Part shown: positions 10,446 to 20,490 of the stretch, piece after piece | How the letters are laid out: the number at the start of each line of letters is the position of its first letter | How positions within the stretch are numbered: position 1 is the stretch's first letter | NCBI RefSeq assembly: GCF_006345805.1 | Contig: NW_021833197.1 | Coordinates: 1-28,484 of the forward strand | Source: Octopus sinensis | Lineage: Eukaryota | Direction: 5' to 3' | Length of the DNA: 28,484 nt | Notes under the pieces: generated by a model | What the model was told of the DNA's origin: nothing | The model's database searches: none | What the model saw: the letters and a program-made list of their open reading frames with translations, nothing else | Translations under genes and position numbers: made by a program

Positions 10446-10648
10446 GTCTGGCACCTGTGTCGGTGGCACATAAAATCACCCACTACACTCTCGGAGTGGT
10501 TGGCATTAGGAAGGGCATCCAGCTGTAGAAACACTGCCAGATCTGACTGGCCTGGTGCAGCCTTCGGGCTTCCCAGACCCCAGTTGAACCGTCCAACCCA
10601 TGCTAGCATGGAAAGCGGACGTTAAACGATGATGATGATGATGATGAT
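10446..10648 (+). mobile_element. Family F element copy 3 (3' body only)
   Basis: Three mismatches in 183 nt against the reverse complement of 8821-9003; (TGA)n tail. Confidence 0.92.
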
Positions 10649-10792
10649 AATGTTGTGAGAGAGAGAAAGGCTTCTTTTTATGAATGTGTAAATGATCACA
10701 ATACGTAAGGCATTTTTTGAATTATCAAAAACATGGATACAATTTAAATGTATCAATATGTGAGAGAGAGAGAAGAGAGACAGACAGATAGA

Positions 10793-11180
10793 TTTGGAAG
10801 CACTCCGTCGGTTACAACGACGAGGGTTCCGGTTGATCCGAATCAACGGAACAGCCTGCTCGTGAAATTAACGTGTAAGTGGCTGAGCACTCCACAGACA
10901 CGTGTACCCTTAACGTAGTTCACGGGGATATTCAGCGTGACACAGAGAGTGACAAGGCCGGCCCTTTGAAATACAGGTACAACAGAAACAGGAAGCAAGA
11001 GTGAGAGAAAGTTGTGGTGAAAGAGTACAGCAGGGATCACCACCATCCTCCGCTGGAGCCTCGTGGAGCTTTGGGTGTTTTCGCTCAATAAACACTCACA
11101 ACGCCTGGTCTGGGAATCGAAACCGCGATCCTACGATCGCGAGTCCGCTGCCCTAACCACTGGGCCATTGCACCTCCACA
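10793..11180 (-). mobile_element. SINE B copy 3 with 11-bp TSD
   Basis: AGACAGATAGA occurs at 10782-10792 and 11181-11191. Confidence 0.93.
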
Positions 11181-11336
11181 AGACAGATAGAGAAGCTTTA
11201 ATGATTGATCAAAAATGATCCAAAAAGTGCCAACATGTATAAGGTGTGAAAGAAAGAAAGAGAGAGAGACAGGTAGAAAAACAGGCAGAGGGGGACAAGC
11301 CTTTATGAATGATAAAAAATATAATAAAAGGTGCCA

Positions 11337-11374
<38 letters not shown>

Positions 11375-11486
11375 GCAAGGCTTTTATGAATGATCAAAAG
11401 TATTTCATACAACTGAAATACACTAACATATCCGTGTGTGTGTGACAGGCCTTTTTGAATAATCAAAAACTCTTGATATTTTAACT

Positions 11487-11860
11487 TATTTCTTTCCTAC
11501 CCACAAGGGGCTAAACACAGAGGGGACAAACGGATTAATTCGATTATATCGCCCCCAGTGCATAACTGGTCCTTAATTTATCGACCCCGAAAGGATGAAA
11601 GGCAAAGTCGACCTCAACAGAATTTGAACTCAGAACGAAACGGCAGACTAAATACCTATTTAGAGGGGACAAACAAGGACAGACAAACGGATTAAGTCAA
11701 TTATATCGCCCCCAGTGCATAACTGGTCCTTAACTTATCGACCCCGAAAGGATGAAAGGCAAAGTCGACCTCGGCGGAATTTGAACTCAGAACATAACAG
11801 CAGATGAAATACGGCTACGCATTTCGCCCGGCGTGCTAACGTTTCCGCCAGCTCGCCGCC
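11487..11860 (-). mobile_element. SINE D dimer inside a perfect 17-bp TSD
   Basis: CTCTTGATATTTTAACT occurs at 11470-11486 and 11861-11877. The minus-strand head has B box GAGTTCAAATTCC. The centre GTCGACTTTGCCTTTCATCCTTTCGGGGTCGATAA resembles, from recall, the Deu/Nin-type SINE domain. Confidence 0.92.
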
Positions 11861-12440
11861 CTCTTGATATTTTAACTGAAATGTGACATGTATATATGTT
11901 ATTTGCATGTGTGAGGCCTCTACAAATAATCAGAAACACAGACAGATTCCAATATGTATAATATATGTGTGTATATGCCTGTGTGTGAGGCATTCATGAA
12001 TGACCAACAATACTCAATGCAGATGAACTGTGTCAACATATGCACGCATGTGTGTGTGTGTGTGCTGTAGAAGGCTTTATGAATAGCCAAAAACACTGAA
12101 TATGCAAGTTATTTCCATTCTTGTTTTACTGCTTGTCACCAGACTGTGGCCATACTGGATCACCCTTTCAAATGTTTCGCTAGATAACATCAACCCCACC
12201 AGCATTTCATCTACTTCTTATGTTATCAATCACAGACGAAAGAGGGGAAAGTTTAGAGTCACCCTCTTCAGAATATGATGAGATTGTAAGAGACATTACT
12301 GTTTTTGATGATGAGATCAGCACAAGGATGAAATATGATGAGAGTTATTTCTTCATAGTTAGCAGTGGGGAGGGGAGAATGAACAGAAAAATATCATTAT
12401 TTACATTTGACGGATATTTGTCCTCATATTGTTTGTTGTT

Positions 12441-12486
12441 AACACAACATTTCGGCTGATATACCCTCCAGCCTTCATCAGGTGTC
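12441..12486 (-). ncRNA. Minimal type-I hammerhead ribozyme, core intact
   Basis: Minus strand reads GACAC-CUGAUGA-A-GGCUG(10-nt loop)CAGCC-GAAA-UGUU/GUGUU. The predicted cut lies between 12446 and 12445. Confidence 0.8.
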
Positions 12487-12537
12487 TTGGGGAAATTTCG
12501 AAACTGGGTTCTCATTCCTAAGGTATTTTTCGATATT

Positions 12538-12764
12538 GGCCAGGCTCTCGTGGCTTTTATGGGTTTTTCCATGAGTAACCCTTTCGAAGCGCCTCCCCCT
12601 ATAGGGAGTTTCAATTGTTACTTATTTTTCGTTGTTATCCTGATTTTGTACACGGACCTTTTTTTTCAAACAGACAAAACCCTTTGTAACTTTCATCGCG
12701 TGTCTTGTCCCTTTATGTTTTAATTAATTTTTATTACCCCTTGTGACCAATAAATGAACAAATT
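12538..12764 (+). mobile_element. Unclassified element 3' end inserted in the E linker
   Basis: Interrupts E. It ends CCCCTTGTGACCAATAAATGAACAA, similar to the SINE D terminus CCCCTTGTGGGTA(G/A)TAAAGAAATA. Confidence 0.5.
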
Positions 12765-13217
12765 ATTATTATTATTATTGAGTGAGAGAACAGTGCATGC
12801 CATCAAAGTGACACTGGGGTAAAATATACGAAGCCCAATATACCCATCATGACTACCCGTCTGATAAGGGTACACCAGGCACATGCATCACAACCATATG
12901 TGCGCGACATGGTGATCTCATATCAAGATAAACAGCACATGACCTTGCAGGTGGGGCCCAGTTAGAATTTTCTTCAGGTTGAGTAGCCCATCCCGCTCAA
13001 AAGGTCCCTGAATAAGGGTTGTTTAAGGATGTTGAAAGAACCACCCATGTTTCCAGAGGTGAATTATTCAAACCCCAAAGAATCCCTCTCAACACATGGC
13101 TATGATGCTCCCCCACTACTTCTGCTCGTGATCAGAGATGCACATATCGTCAGCCACTAAGGGACATGCTCAACTGGTTAAGGTCAAGCAACTGACAAGC
13201 AAATCTGTGGTATTAAC
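12765..13217 (-). mobile_element. Unclassified ~450-bp retroposon-like insert with (AAT)n tail
   Basis: GAACAAATT direct repeats at 12756-12764 and 13218-13226; (ATT)n at the left end. Confidence 0.6.
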
Positions 13218-13718
13218 GAACAAATTTTTATTATTATTATTATTATACAGGTCACTGCTTGGAATCGAACTCGGAATCTTGGGGTTAGTAGCCCGCGCTC
13301 TTAACCGCTATGCCATATGCCCGTGGGCATACTCAGTGCAGATGAAATGTGCCAACACATGCAAGCATGACTGGGTAACACATTTGTTCCGACACCCAAA
13401 CACACTCTAACCCTCTACCAGCCTACTTCACTGCATAATTTCAAGCTGGTAATTTTGTTGTTGTTTTTTATATTTTGACTTGCCAGTGCACAAAACGTAA
13501 TGACACTCACTTGCCAAACCTATATTGTCGTCACTGCTACCATAAACATTGCAAGCATATTTTTCGTTCTCCTACACAACAGAGCTTCGCTTTAACCCTT
13601 CAGTGTTTCAATCGGCCCACACCACATCCGGACAAAAATATTCTACTTCTTTCACCTTCAAACTAGCCAGATCTGGTCTCTCATACTGACCCTACATTGT
13701 CATTCGAAAAATAAACAA

Positions 13719-14120
13719 GTGTGGCTGGCTGTATGGTAAGAAGGTTGCTTACCAACCACATGGTTCCGGGTTCAGTCCCACTGCGTGGAAGCTTGGGCAA
13801 GTGTCTTCTACAGTAGCCTCGGGACGACCAAAGCCTTGAGTGGATTTGGAAGACGGAAACTGAGAGAAGCCTGTCAAATATATATATATGCACATATATG
13901 TACATATCAGTGTGTGTGTGTGTGTGTGAGAGACACCTCCTTCGCCTGACAACCAATGTTGGTGTGTTTACATCCCTGTAACTTTGTGGTTCAAGAAAAG
14001 AGACCGATAGAATAAGTACCAGGCTTACGAAGAATAAATTCTTGGAGGTCGAATTGTTCGACTAAAAGTGATGCTCTATTCATGGTCACAGTGAAAAAGT
14101 CTGAAACAAGTGAAGAGAAT
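13719..14120 (+). mobile_element. SINE A, full length, moderately diverged
   Basis: Head, linker and tail are all recognisable. Confidence 0.88.
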
Positions 14121-14547
14121 AAAAAACAATCTCATCATTGAAATCTCAAGGCTATAAGGTAACGCATGATTAATTTTAAACAATGTGAACAAAAGCACGA
14201 TGGGCCTCTTTCAGTTTCCACCATATCCACCCACAAGGCTACAGAAGACACATGCCCAGGTGCTACAGAGTGGGATTGAACCTGAAACTATTAGGTTGAG
14301 GAGATAACTGCTTACCACATGGCCATGCCATTTTTACAAACTTTATTGCACCCAATTAGTTTCCTAAACGAGTGGGGACTGAGGAAAGTAATAAACTCAA
14401 TTAACAAACAGGTTGCTAATAAACTATATGGTAGGAGAATAAACTACCTTAACGACTATAAAATAAATCAATAAAAAAAGTTAATAAACTATATTAGTAA
14501 TATAATAAACATCATGTTAATATTATTTAATAGTAATTTTATTTTAG

Positions 14548-14745
14548 GCACAGGGGTAGCTGTAGGGTTAAGAAGCTTGCTTCCCAACCATCTGGTCTTG
14601 GGTTCAATTTCACTGCACAGCACCTTGGGCATGTGACTTGACTTTGACTATAGCCCTGGGCTGACAAAAGCATTGGTCAGCAGGACTAAATCTTCAACCG
14701 TGTGGTTGGGAAGCAAATTTCTTACTACACAACTACACCTGTGTA
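14548..14745. mobile_element. Two diverged SINE A heads in opposite orientation
   Basis: A plus-strand head at about 14548-14680 is followed by a minus-strand head at about 14690-14745. Confidence 0.6.
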
Positions 14746-14810
14746 TACCTGCACACACACTTGGATGTGTGTATGTATCACTCCCACTATATATATATAT
14801 ATATATAAAT

Positions 14811-15324
14811 AAAGACAGGGGTATGGCCTGGTCAGCCTGTAATGACATGCATAAGATCTGGTCATCAAATCTAAGTAGAGACTTCAAACTTGAAATCTTC
14901 AAAGCCACAGTCAAACCAATTCTACTATATGGCTCAGAAACCTGGACGTTATCAAAGAAGCTTGAGAGGCGGTTGGATGGAACCTACACTCGCCTCCTTA
15001 TGAGAGCTCAAAATCTCTCGTGGAAGCAACATCCAACCAAAATGCAAATATATGGGAAACTACCACCTGTGTCATCTCTTGTGAAAGGTAGGAGAGTCCA
15101 GTTTGCTGGACATTGTTGTAGAGTTGAAAAACGAGGTAATTTCTTCTCTTCTCCTCTGGAAGTCATCTACTCGCAATACCAGAGAGCGCACACTCTCCTA
15201 CCCTGATGTAATCTCCAGGGACACAGGAATCCAGCAACAGGACCTCCGTAATGCCATGATGGACCGTGAAGTCTGGCGTAGCATGGTAAATTCCATTGTC
15301 TCCACCACGGTCGAACAATGATGG

Positions 15325-15327
<3 letters not shown>
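14811..15327 (+). mobile_element. RTE-type LINE ORF2 C-terminal fragment, frameshifted
   Basis: Translates ..FKATVKPILLYGSETWTLSKKLERRLDGTYTRLLMRAQNLSWKQHPT..RRVQFAGHCCR, then, after one extra A at 15127-15131, NEVISSLLLW..DREVWRSMVNSIVSTTVEQ* (stop 15319-15321). LLYGSETW and RFAGH are post-RT motifs of RTE-clade ORF2. Confidence 0.9.
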
Positions 15328-15356
<29 letters not shown>

Positions 15357-15360
<4 letters not shown>

Positions 15361-15488
15361 AATTGCTAAGATGATCTGGTTCTTGACTGATGACTGAGGG
15401 CTTCGAATGTCCCGTCCTGTGGTTCTTGTGTCGTCTCTGTGGTGTTTCATGTTCTTGTCCATGTCTGTAATTACATTTTACTGTTTAC
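15357..15488 (+). mobile_element. Dispersed repeat family G, copy 2, (TA)n-flanked
   Basis: Homologous to the reverse complement of 4418-4558. Confidence 0.7.
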
Positions 15489-15532
15489 CTATATATATAT
15501 ATATATATAATATATATATACATACATACATA

Positions 15533-15769
15533 TCATCTCTTGTGAAAGGTAGAAGAGTCCAGTTTGCTGGACATTGTTGTAGAGCTGAAAACGAGGTAAT
15601 TTCTACTCTTCTCCTCTGGAAGCCATCTACTCGCAATACCAGAGGGCGCACACTCTCCTACCCCGATGTAATCTCCAGGTATACAGGCATCCAGCAACAG
15701 GACCGCCGTGAAGTCTGGCGTAGCATGGTAAATTCCATTGTCTCCACCACGGTCGAACAATGATGGTGA
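15533..15769 (+). mobile_element. RTE 3' fragment, copy 2
   Basis: Starts at TCATCTCTTGTGAAAGG, lacks the frameshift, has an internal deletion of about 18 bp, and has the same right junction as copy 1. Confidence 0.9.
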
Positions 15770-15845
15770 ATATATATATATATTATATATATATATATAT
15801 ATTATATATATATATATAATATATATATATATACATACATACATA

Positions 15846-16024
15846 TCATCTCTTGTGAAAGGTAGAAGAGTCCAGTTTGCTGGACATTGTTGTAGAGCTG
15901 AAAACGAGGTAATTTCTACTCTTCTCCTCTGGAAGCCATCTACTCGCAATACCAGAGGGTGCACACTCTCCTACCCTGATGTAATCTCCAGGGACACAGG
16001 AATCCAGCAACATGATGATGATGA
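15846..16024 (+). mobile_element. RTE 3' fragment, copy 3
   Basis: Same 5' breakpoint and left flank as copy 2; jumps from CAGCAACA directly to the (TGA)n tail. Confidence 0.88.
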
Positions 16025-16649
16025 TATATAAAGAGAGACCTTTGGTGATAGGCCATGCTTGAAAAGACCCATCAAGCCAAGTGAACTCATAGTCGTGGCT
16101 GGTTTCATGTAACTGGCACCAATGCCAGTGGCATGTAAAAAGCACCATTCAAGTGCAGGGCTTCAGAGGTAATGTAACCAATGCCGGTGTCATAAACCAG
16201 ATTTGGCCTCTTATGCCTACCCGACAATGTCATTCTAAAAATAAGATGACTATAGAATTTCCTTTTAAAATCCAAGCTTTGAGCTATACTGTATAAGACT
16301 ATTTGGCAATATTTCACCCTTGATGCAGTGGCTGGAAGGTGTGTAAAGTAGACCCCAGGTTTTAAACATTTTTATTTTAATATAACCTTACCGTTAATTC
16401 AGCTTCCTAAACATATCTGTTACCCTCGGATTATGCGTTTTAGTCATTGGATTGCGGCCATGCAGGGACACCATATTGAAAGTGTGGTACTAAGGGAAAA
16501 TGCTTTGAATTACAGATGCAAACCATTTGACAGGCTTCCACATAGTTTCCACCTACCTGATATCACTCACAAGGCATACGTCAACCTAAGGCTATGAGGT
16601 GGGGACAAAAACACTTGCCTAAGAAGCCATGATGTGAGATCCAGCCTGA

Positions 16650-16975
16650 GTCCTTGTGGTGGTACAGCACCTTGGACAAGTGTCTTCTACTAAAGCCCCA
16701 GGCCAACCAAAGCCTTGTAAGTGGGTTTGGTAGATTGAAACTGAAAGAAACCCATCGTATGTGTGTGTGTGTCTTTGTGTTTGTACTCCCAACACTGCTT
16801 GAGAAGTGGTGTTTGTTTATGTCTCCATAACTTAGCAGTTCAGTAAAAGAGACCAACAGAGTAAGTACCAGACTTTTTAAAAAAGTACTAGGGTTGATTT
16901 ATTCAACTATATCTTTCAAAGTAGTGCCCCAGCATGGCCAAAGTTCAATGACTTAAACCAGTACAAGATAAAAGA
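16650..16975 (+). mobile_element. SINE A, 5'-truncated and diverged
   Basis: GCACCTTGGACAAGTGTCTTC through CCAGCATGGCC..GACTTAAAC. Confidence 0.8.
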
Positions 16976-17214
16976 TAAATACACACACACTCAGGTAGGT
17001 GTAGGTGTGTGTGTGCAGGTGCATATATAAACAAGCAAACAATGCTTCCATAAAAATTCACAAATAAACAAATTTATTTTTGAGACATTTATCAGTCCTG
17101 CTTTACTCTGCTTAGCATAATTTTCATTTGAATACACACAAGCATGTGCGTGAATTTTGGAGTTTGTTATAAGAGACTTCTGTGGCTTACAACAAAAAGT
17201 TAAGTTATGTTAAT

Positions 17215-17605
17215 TTTTTGGCTCAAAAAGCAAAAAGCAAGGCCATGTAGGGGGACATGGAGTAATGTACAGGGAGGGTGTTCATGCAAAGAGTTGAGGC
17301 CATTTCTGGTCTAGAGAGACTTTGAACCGAGCGGTCGTCGGCATCTTCACTATCTCGTCCGACAGCTTATTCCACGGATCTGCAACCTGGACGGAGAAAG
17401 CCCTTCTTCGATTGAGATGAAATCGTCGCAGATAGAGCTATTCGGAGTGACCCCACAGCCGACGCTCTGGAGCAGGAGTGAAGAACAGCTCTTTCCAGAG
17501 GTTACACTTTCCGCTTATGATGTTGTGAGCGAGAATGAGATCACCACGGCGGTGGCATTTTTCTAGAGAATAAAGGTCGAGCGTCTTCAGCCTTTCTTCA
17601 TAAGA
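17215..17605 (-). mobile_element. CR1-clade LINE 3' end, copy 1
   Basis: 17605-17282 translates as SYEERLKTLDLYSLEKCHRRGDLILAHNIISG..GHSE*LYLRRFHLNRRRAFSVQVADPWNKLSDEIV..FKVSLDQKWPQLFA*, matching the CR1 C-terminal pattern (SYEERL..L.SLEKRRLRGDL..GHS.KL..WN.LP..FK..LD). One internal stop. Confidence 0.9.
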
Positions 17606-17609
17606 CAAA

Positions 17610-17888
17610 TAATAATAATAATAATAATTTTAATTTAATTTAATTTTTTGGCTCAAAAAGCAAAAGGCAAGGCCATGTAGGGGGACATGGAGTTATGTAC
17701 AGGGAGGGTGTTCATGCAAAGAGTTCAGGCCATTTCTGGTCAAGGGAGTCTTTGAACCGAGCGGTCGTCAGCATCTTCACTATCTCGTCCGGCAGCTTAT
17801 TCCACTGATCCGCAACCCGGACGGAGAAAGCCCCTCTCCTTCGATTGAGATGAAATCGTCGCAGATAGAGCTTTTCGGAGTGACCCCG
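17610..17888 (-). mobile_element. CR1-clade LINE 3' end, copy 2 (head-to-tail with copy 1)
   Basis: Offset 430 bp from copy 1. Reads GHSEKL, with no stop where copy 1 has TAG. (ATT)n/(ATTAA)n tail. Confidence 0.88.
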
Positions 17889-17928
17889 AAGGTTTTAAAA
17901 TAGGGAGATTCTATTAAGCCAACAGCCA

Positions 17929-18156
17929 GGGCATATGGCGTAGTGGTTAAGAGCATGGCTACTAACCCCAAGATTCCGAGTTCAATTCCAGGCAGTGACC
18001 TGAATAGTAATAATAATATCGAAAAATACCTAAGGAATGAGAACCTAGGTTCAAAATTTCCCCCAAGTCACCTGATGAAGGCTGGAAGGTATATCAGCCA
18101 AAACGCTGTGTTAACAACAAACAAGATGAGGACAAATATCCGTCAAATGTAAATAA
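17929..18156 (+). mobile_element. Family E copy 2: tRNA-derived head, (AAT)n linker and hammerhead-containing tail
   Basis: A box TGGCGTAGTGG at 17936-17946, B box GAGTTCAATTCC at 17978-17989, linker about 18003-18018, hammerhead 18067-18112. Confidence 0.88.
18067..18112 (+). ncRNA. Decayed hammerhead motif (G12A and GUU>GCU)
   Basis: GUCAC-CUGAUGA-A-GGCUG(10-nt loop)CAGCC-AAAA-CGCU-GUGUU; aligns with 12441-12486. Confidence 0.7.
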
Positions 18157-18334
18157 GGTCACTATGTAATAGTCAAATATCCCCGCACACCAAATTGCTA
18201 ATCTTTAACCTTTCAAAATACCAACCGACCTGAGACTGCCCCTAATCCAATGAAAAAATTGTATGGTTTTTAAAGTGATCAAAATATAAAACCCCTCTCA
18301 AAACTCCATGTTATGTCCCAAATACCAGCTTATT

Positions 18335-18665
18335 GTGAAGGCGCGTGGCTCAGTGGTTAGAGCGTCGAGCTCGAATCCCGGACCGGGCTGCGTGTTGTGT
18401 TCTTGAGCAAGGCACTTTATTTCACGTTGCTCCAGTTCACTCAGCTGTAGAAATGAGTTGCGGCGTCACAGGTGCCAAGCTGTATCGGCCCTTGCCTTTC
18501 CCTTGGACAACATCGGTGACATGGAGAGGGGAGGCCGGTATGCATGGGCGACTGCTGGTCTTCCATAAAAAAAAAAAAAAAACAACCTTGCCCAGACTTG
18601 TGCCTCAGAGGGTAACTCTCTAGGTGCAAACCCATGGTCAGTATCTGACCGAAGGGGGTTACTCA
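18335..18665 (+). mobile_element. tRNA-SINE family C with an internal head deletion
   Basis: A box TGGCTCAGTGG. GAGCTCGAATCCC follows too closely, implying the anticodon/variable region was deleted. CORE-like centre GTTCTTGAGCAAGGCACTTTA. Confidence 0.75.
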
Positions 18666-18725
18666 CCAGATTTAAAATGATAGTCATTTTACAAATATCT
18701 ATATTTTCAAAGTTAATTTAACAAA

Positions 18726-19103
18726 GGGCATAGGCATGGCTAGGTGGTAAGAAGCTTGCTTCCCAACTACATGGTTCCTGGTTCAGTCCCACTGCATGGC
18801 ACCATGGGCAAGTGTCTTCTACTATAGCCTCAGGCTGACCAAAACCTTGTGAGTGGATTTGGTAGACGGAAACTGAAAGAATCCCATCATGTGTCTGTGT
18901 ATGTGTGCATGTTTGTCCCATCATTGCCTGACAACTGGTGTTGCTAAGTTTGCGTACCATAACTTAGCAGTTTGGCAAAAGACCGATAGAAAATGGACCA
19001 GGCTTTAAAAGATTATAAGCACTGGGATCGATTCATTCGACCAAAAATTCTTCGATACGATGCCCCAGCATGGCCGCAGTCTAATAACTGAAACGAGTAG
19101 AAA
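18726..19103 (+). mobile_element. SINE A, diverged
   Basis: Head, linker and tail are recognisable. Confidence 0.85.
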
Positions 19104-19411
19104 ATGGAAGATATCTTCAACAGGAATTTAAACAAAAGGGGCAAATTCCAACACAAATAAGGTAATGAAGGGGGGTTGATCAACTAACTTCTTTCCTTTA
19201 TAACTTGCGGCTTTGTACTTTGTTATTATTACTAATTACTTCTAGTACTACTGCTACTAATAAGGGGAATATTCCTTGTATTGTTTGTTGTTTTTTCGTT
19301 GTTAAAAAAAGTCCGTTTCCTTGTTTGTTTTTATGTTTTCATTTCTAGTTGTGTTCTACGTTTATTTGTGGTGTCCTGTACTCATATATATATATATGTA
19401 TGTATATATAT

Positions 19412-19816
19412 GTGGCTGTGTGGTAAGTAGCTTGTTTACCAACCACATGGTTCCGGGTTCAGTCCCACTGCGTGGCATCTTGGGCAAGTATCTTCTACTG
19501 TAGCCTCAGGCCGACCAAAGCCTAGTGAGTGGATTTGGTAGATGGAAACTGAAAGAAGCCCGTCATATATATGTATATATATATATATATGCGTGTGTGC
19601 ATTTGTGTGTCTGTGTTTGTCCCCCCTAGCATTGGTTGACAACCGATGCTGGTGTGTTTATGTCCCCGTTACTTATCGGTTTGGTAAAAGAGACTGATAG
19701 AATAAGTACTGGGCTTACAAAAGAATAAGTCCCGGGGTCGAGTTGCTCGATTAAAGGCGGTGCTCCAGCATGGCCGCAGTCAAATGACTGAAACGTGTAA
19801 AAGAGTAAAAAGAGTA
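19412..19816 (+). mobile_element. SINE A, near full length
   Basis: Close match to the other A copies. Confidence 0.92.
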
Positions 19817-20079
19817 ATATATATATATATATGCATGTATATATACATATAGATGTAGGTATGTACACATATTTATGTATGTATGCAGATGTTTACTTTT
19901 GTTAAATTGTTACTAATATTACTTCGGTTTACTGACATTAACCGCGTATGCCTGTACGTACGCACTTGACTATGTGTTCTTCATGCAGAAGACGATACTG
20001 GAGGGAGGAAAAGAATTTAAAAAAAAAATTTTTTTTTTCCCATGACATGACTTTACTAACTACTTCAATTACATTACGT

Positions 20080-20441
20080 TGCAGCAGCACCACCACCAGC
20101 AACAGCAGCAGGAGGAGGAGGAGGAGGAGGAGGCGGAAGAGGAGAAGCAGCAGCAGCAGAACTATTTACTACCACACCACCGCCACCACCACCACCACTA
20201 CCACCACACATACCCTCACGAAAACCTAAAACTGGAAAATTAACTGATATTCGAAAATCCGTCAATATTTGAAAATGGAAACTCTATACCAACACCACGA
20301 GATTTTAAATAAATAAATAGATAGATAAATAAATAAATATATAAATAAATATATAACATGGCGCGCAGGAGCTGAAAAAAGTTTCAATTCGTAAAAAAAA
20401 AACCCCAATAATAATAATAATAATAATAATGATAATAATAA

Positions 20442-20490
<49 letters not shown>

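Larger units (their letters stand above)
12397..13322 (-). mobile_element. Family E copy 1 (tRNA head 13229-13322; hammerhead tail 12397-12537), interrupted by two insertions
   Basis: Both pieces are reverse complements of the contiguous element at 17929-18156. Confidence 0.85.

Noticed and set aside
15375-15420. CTGATGA in family G as a hammerhead (also 4486-4530)
   Set aside because: There is no GAAA after a credible stem II, and stem I does not pair in type I or type II arrangements.
17929-18000. tRNA genes at SINE heads (also A, B, C and D heads)
   Set aside because: A and B boxes are present, but there is no matching acceptor stem or terminator, and each head continues into a dispersed repeat body.
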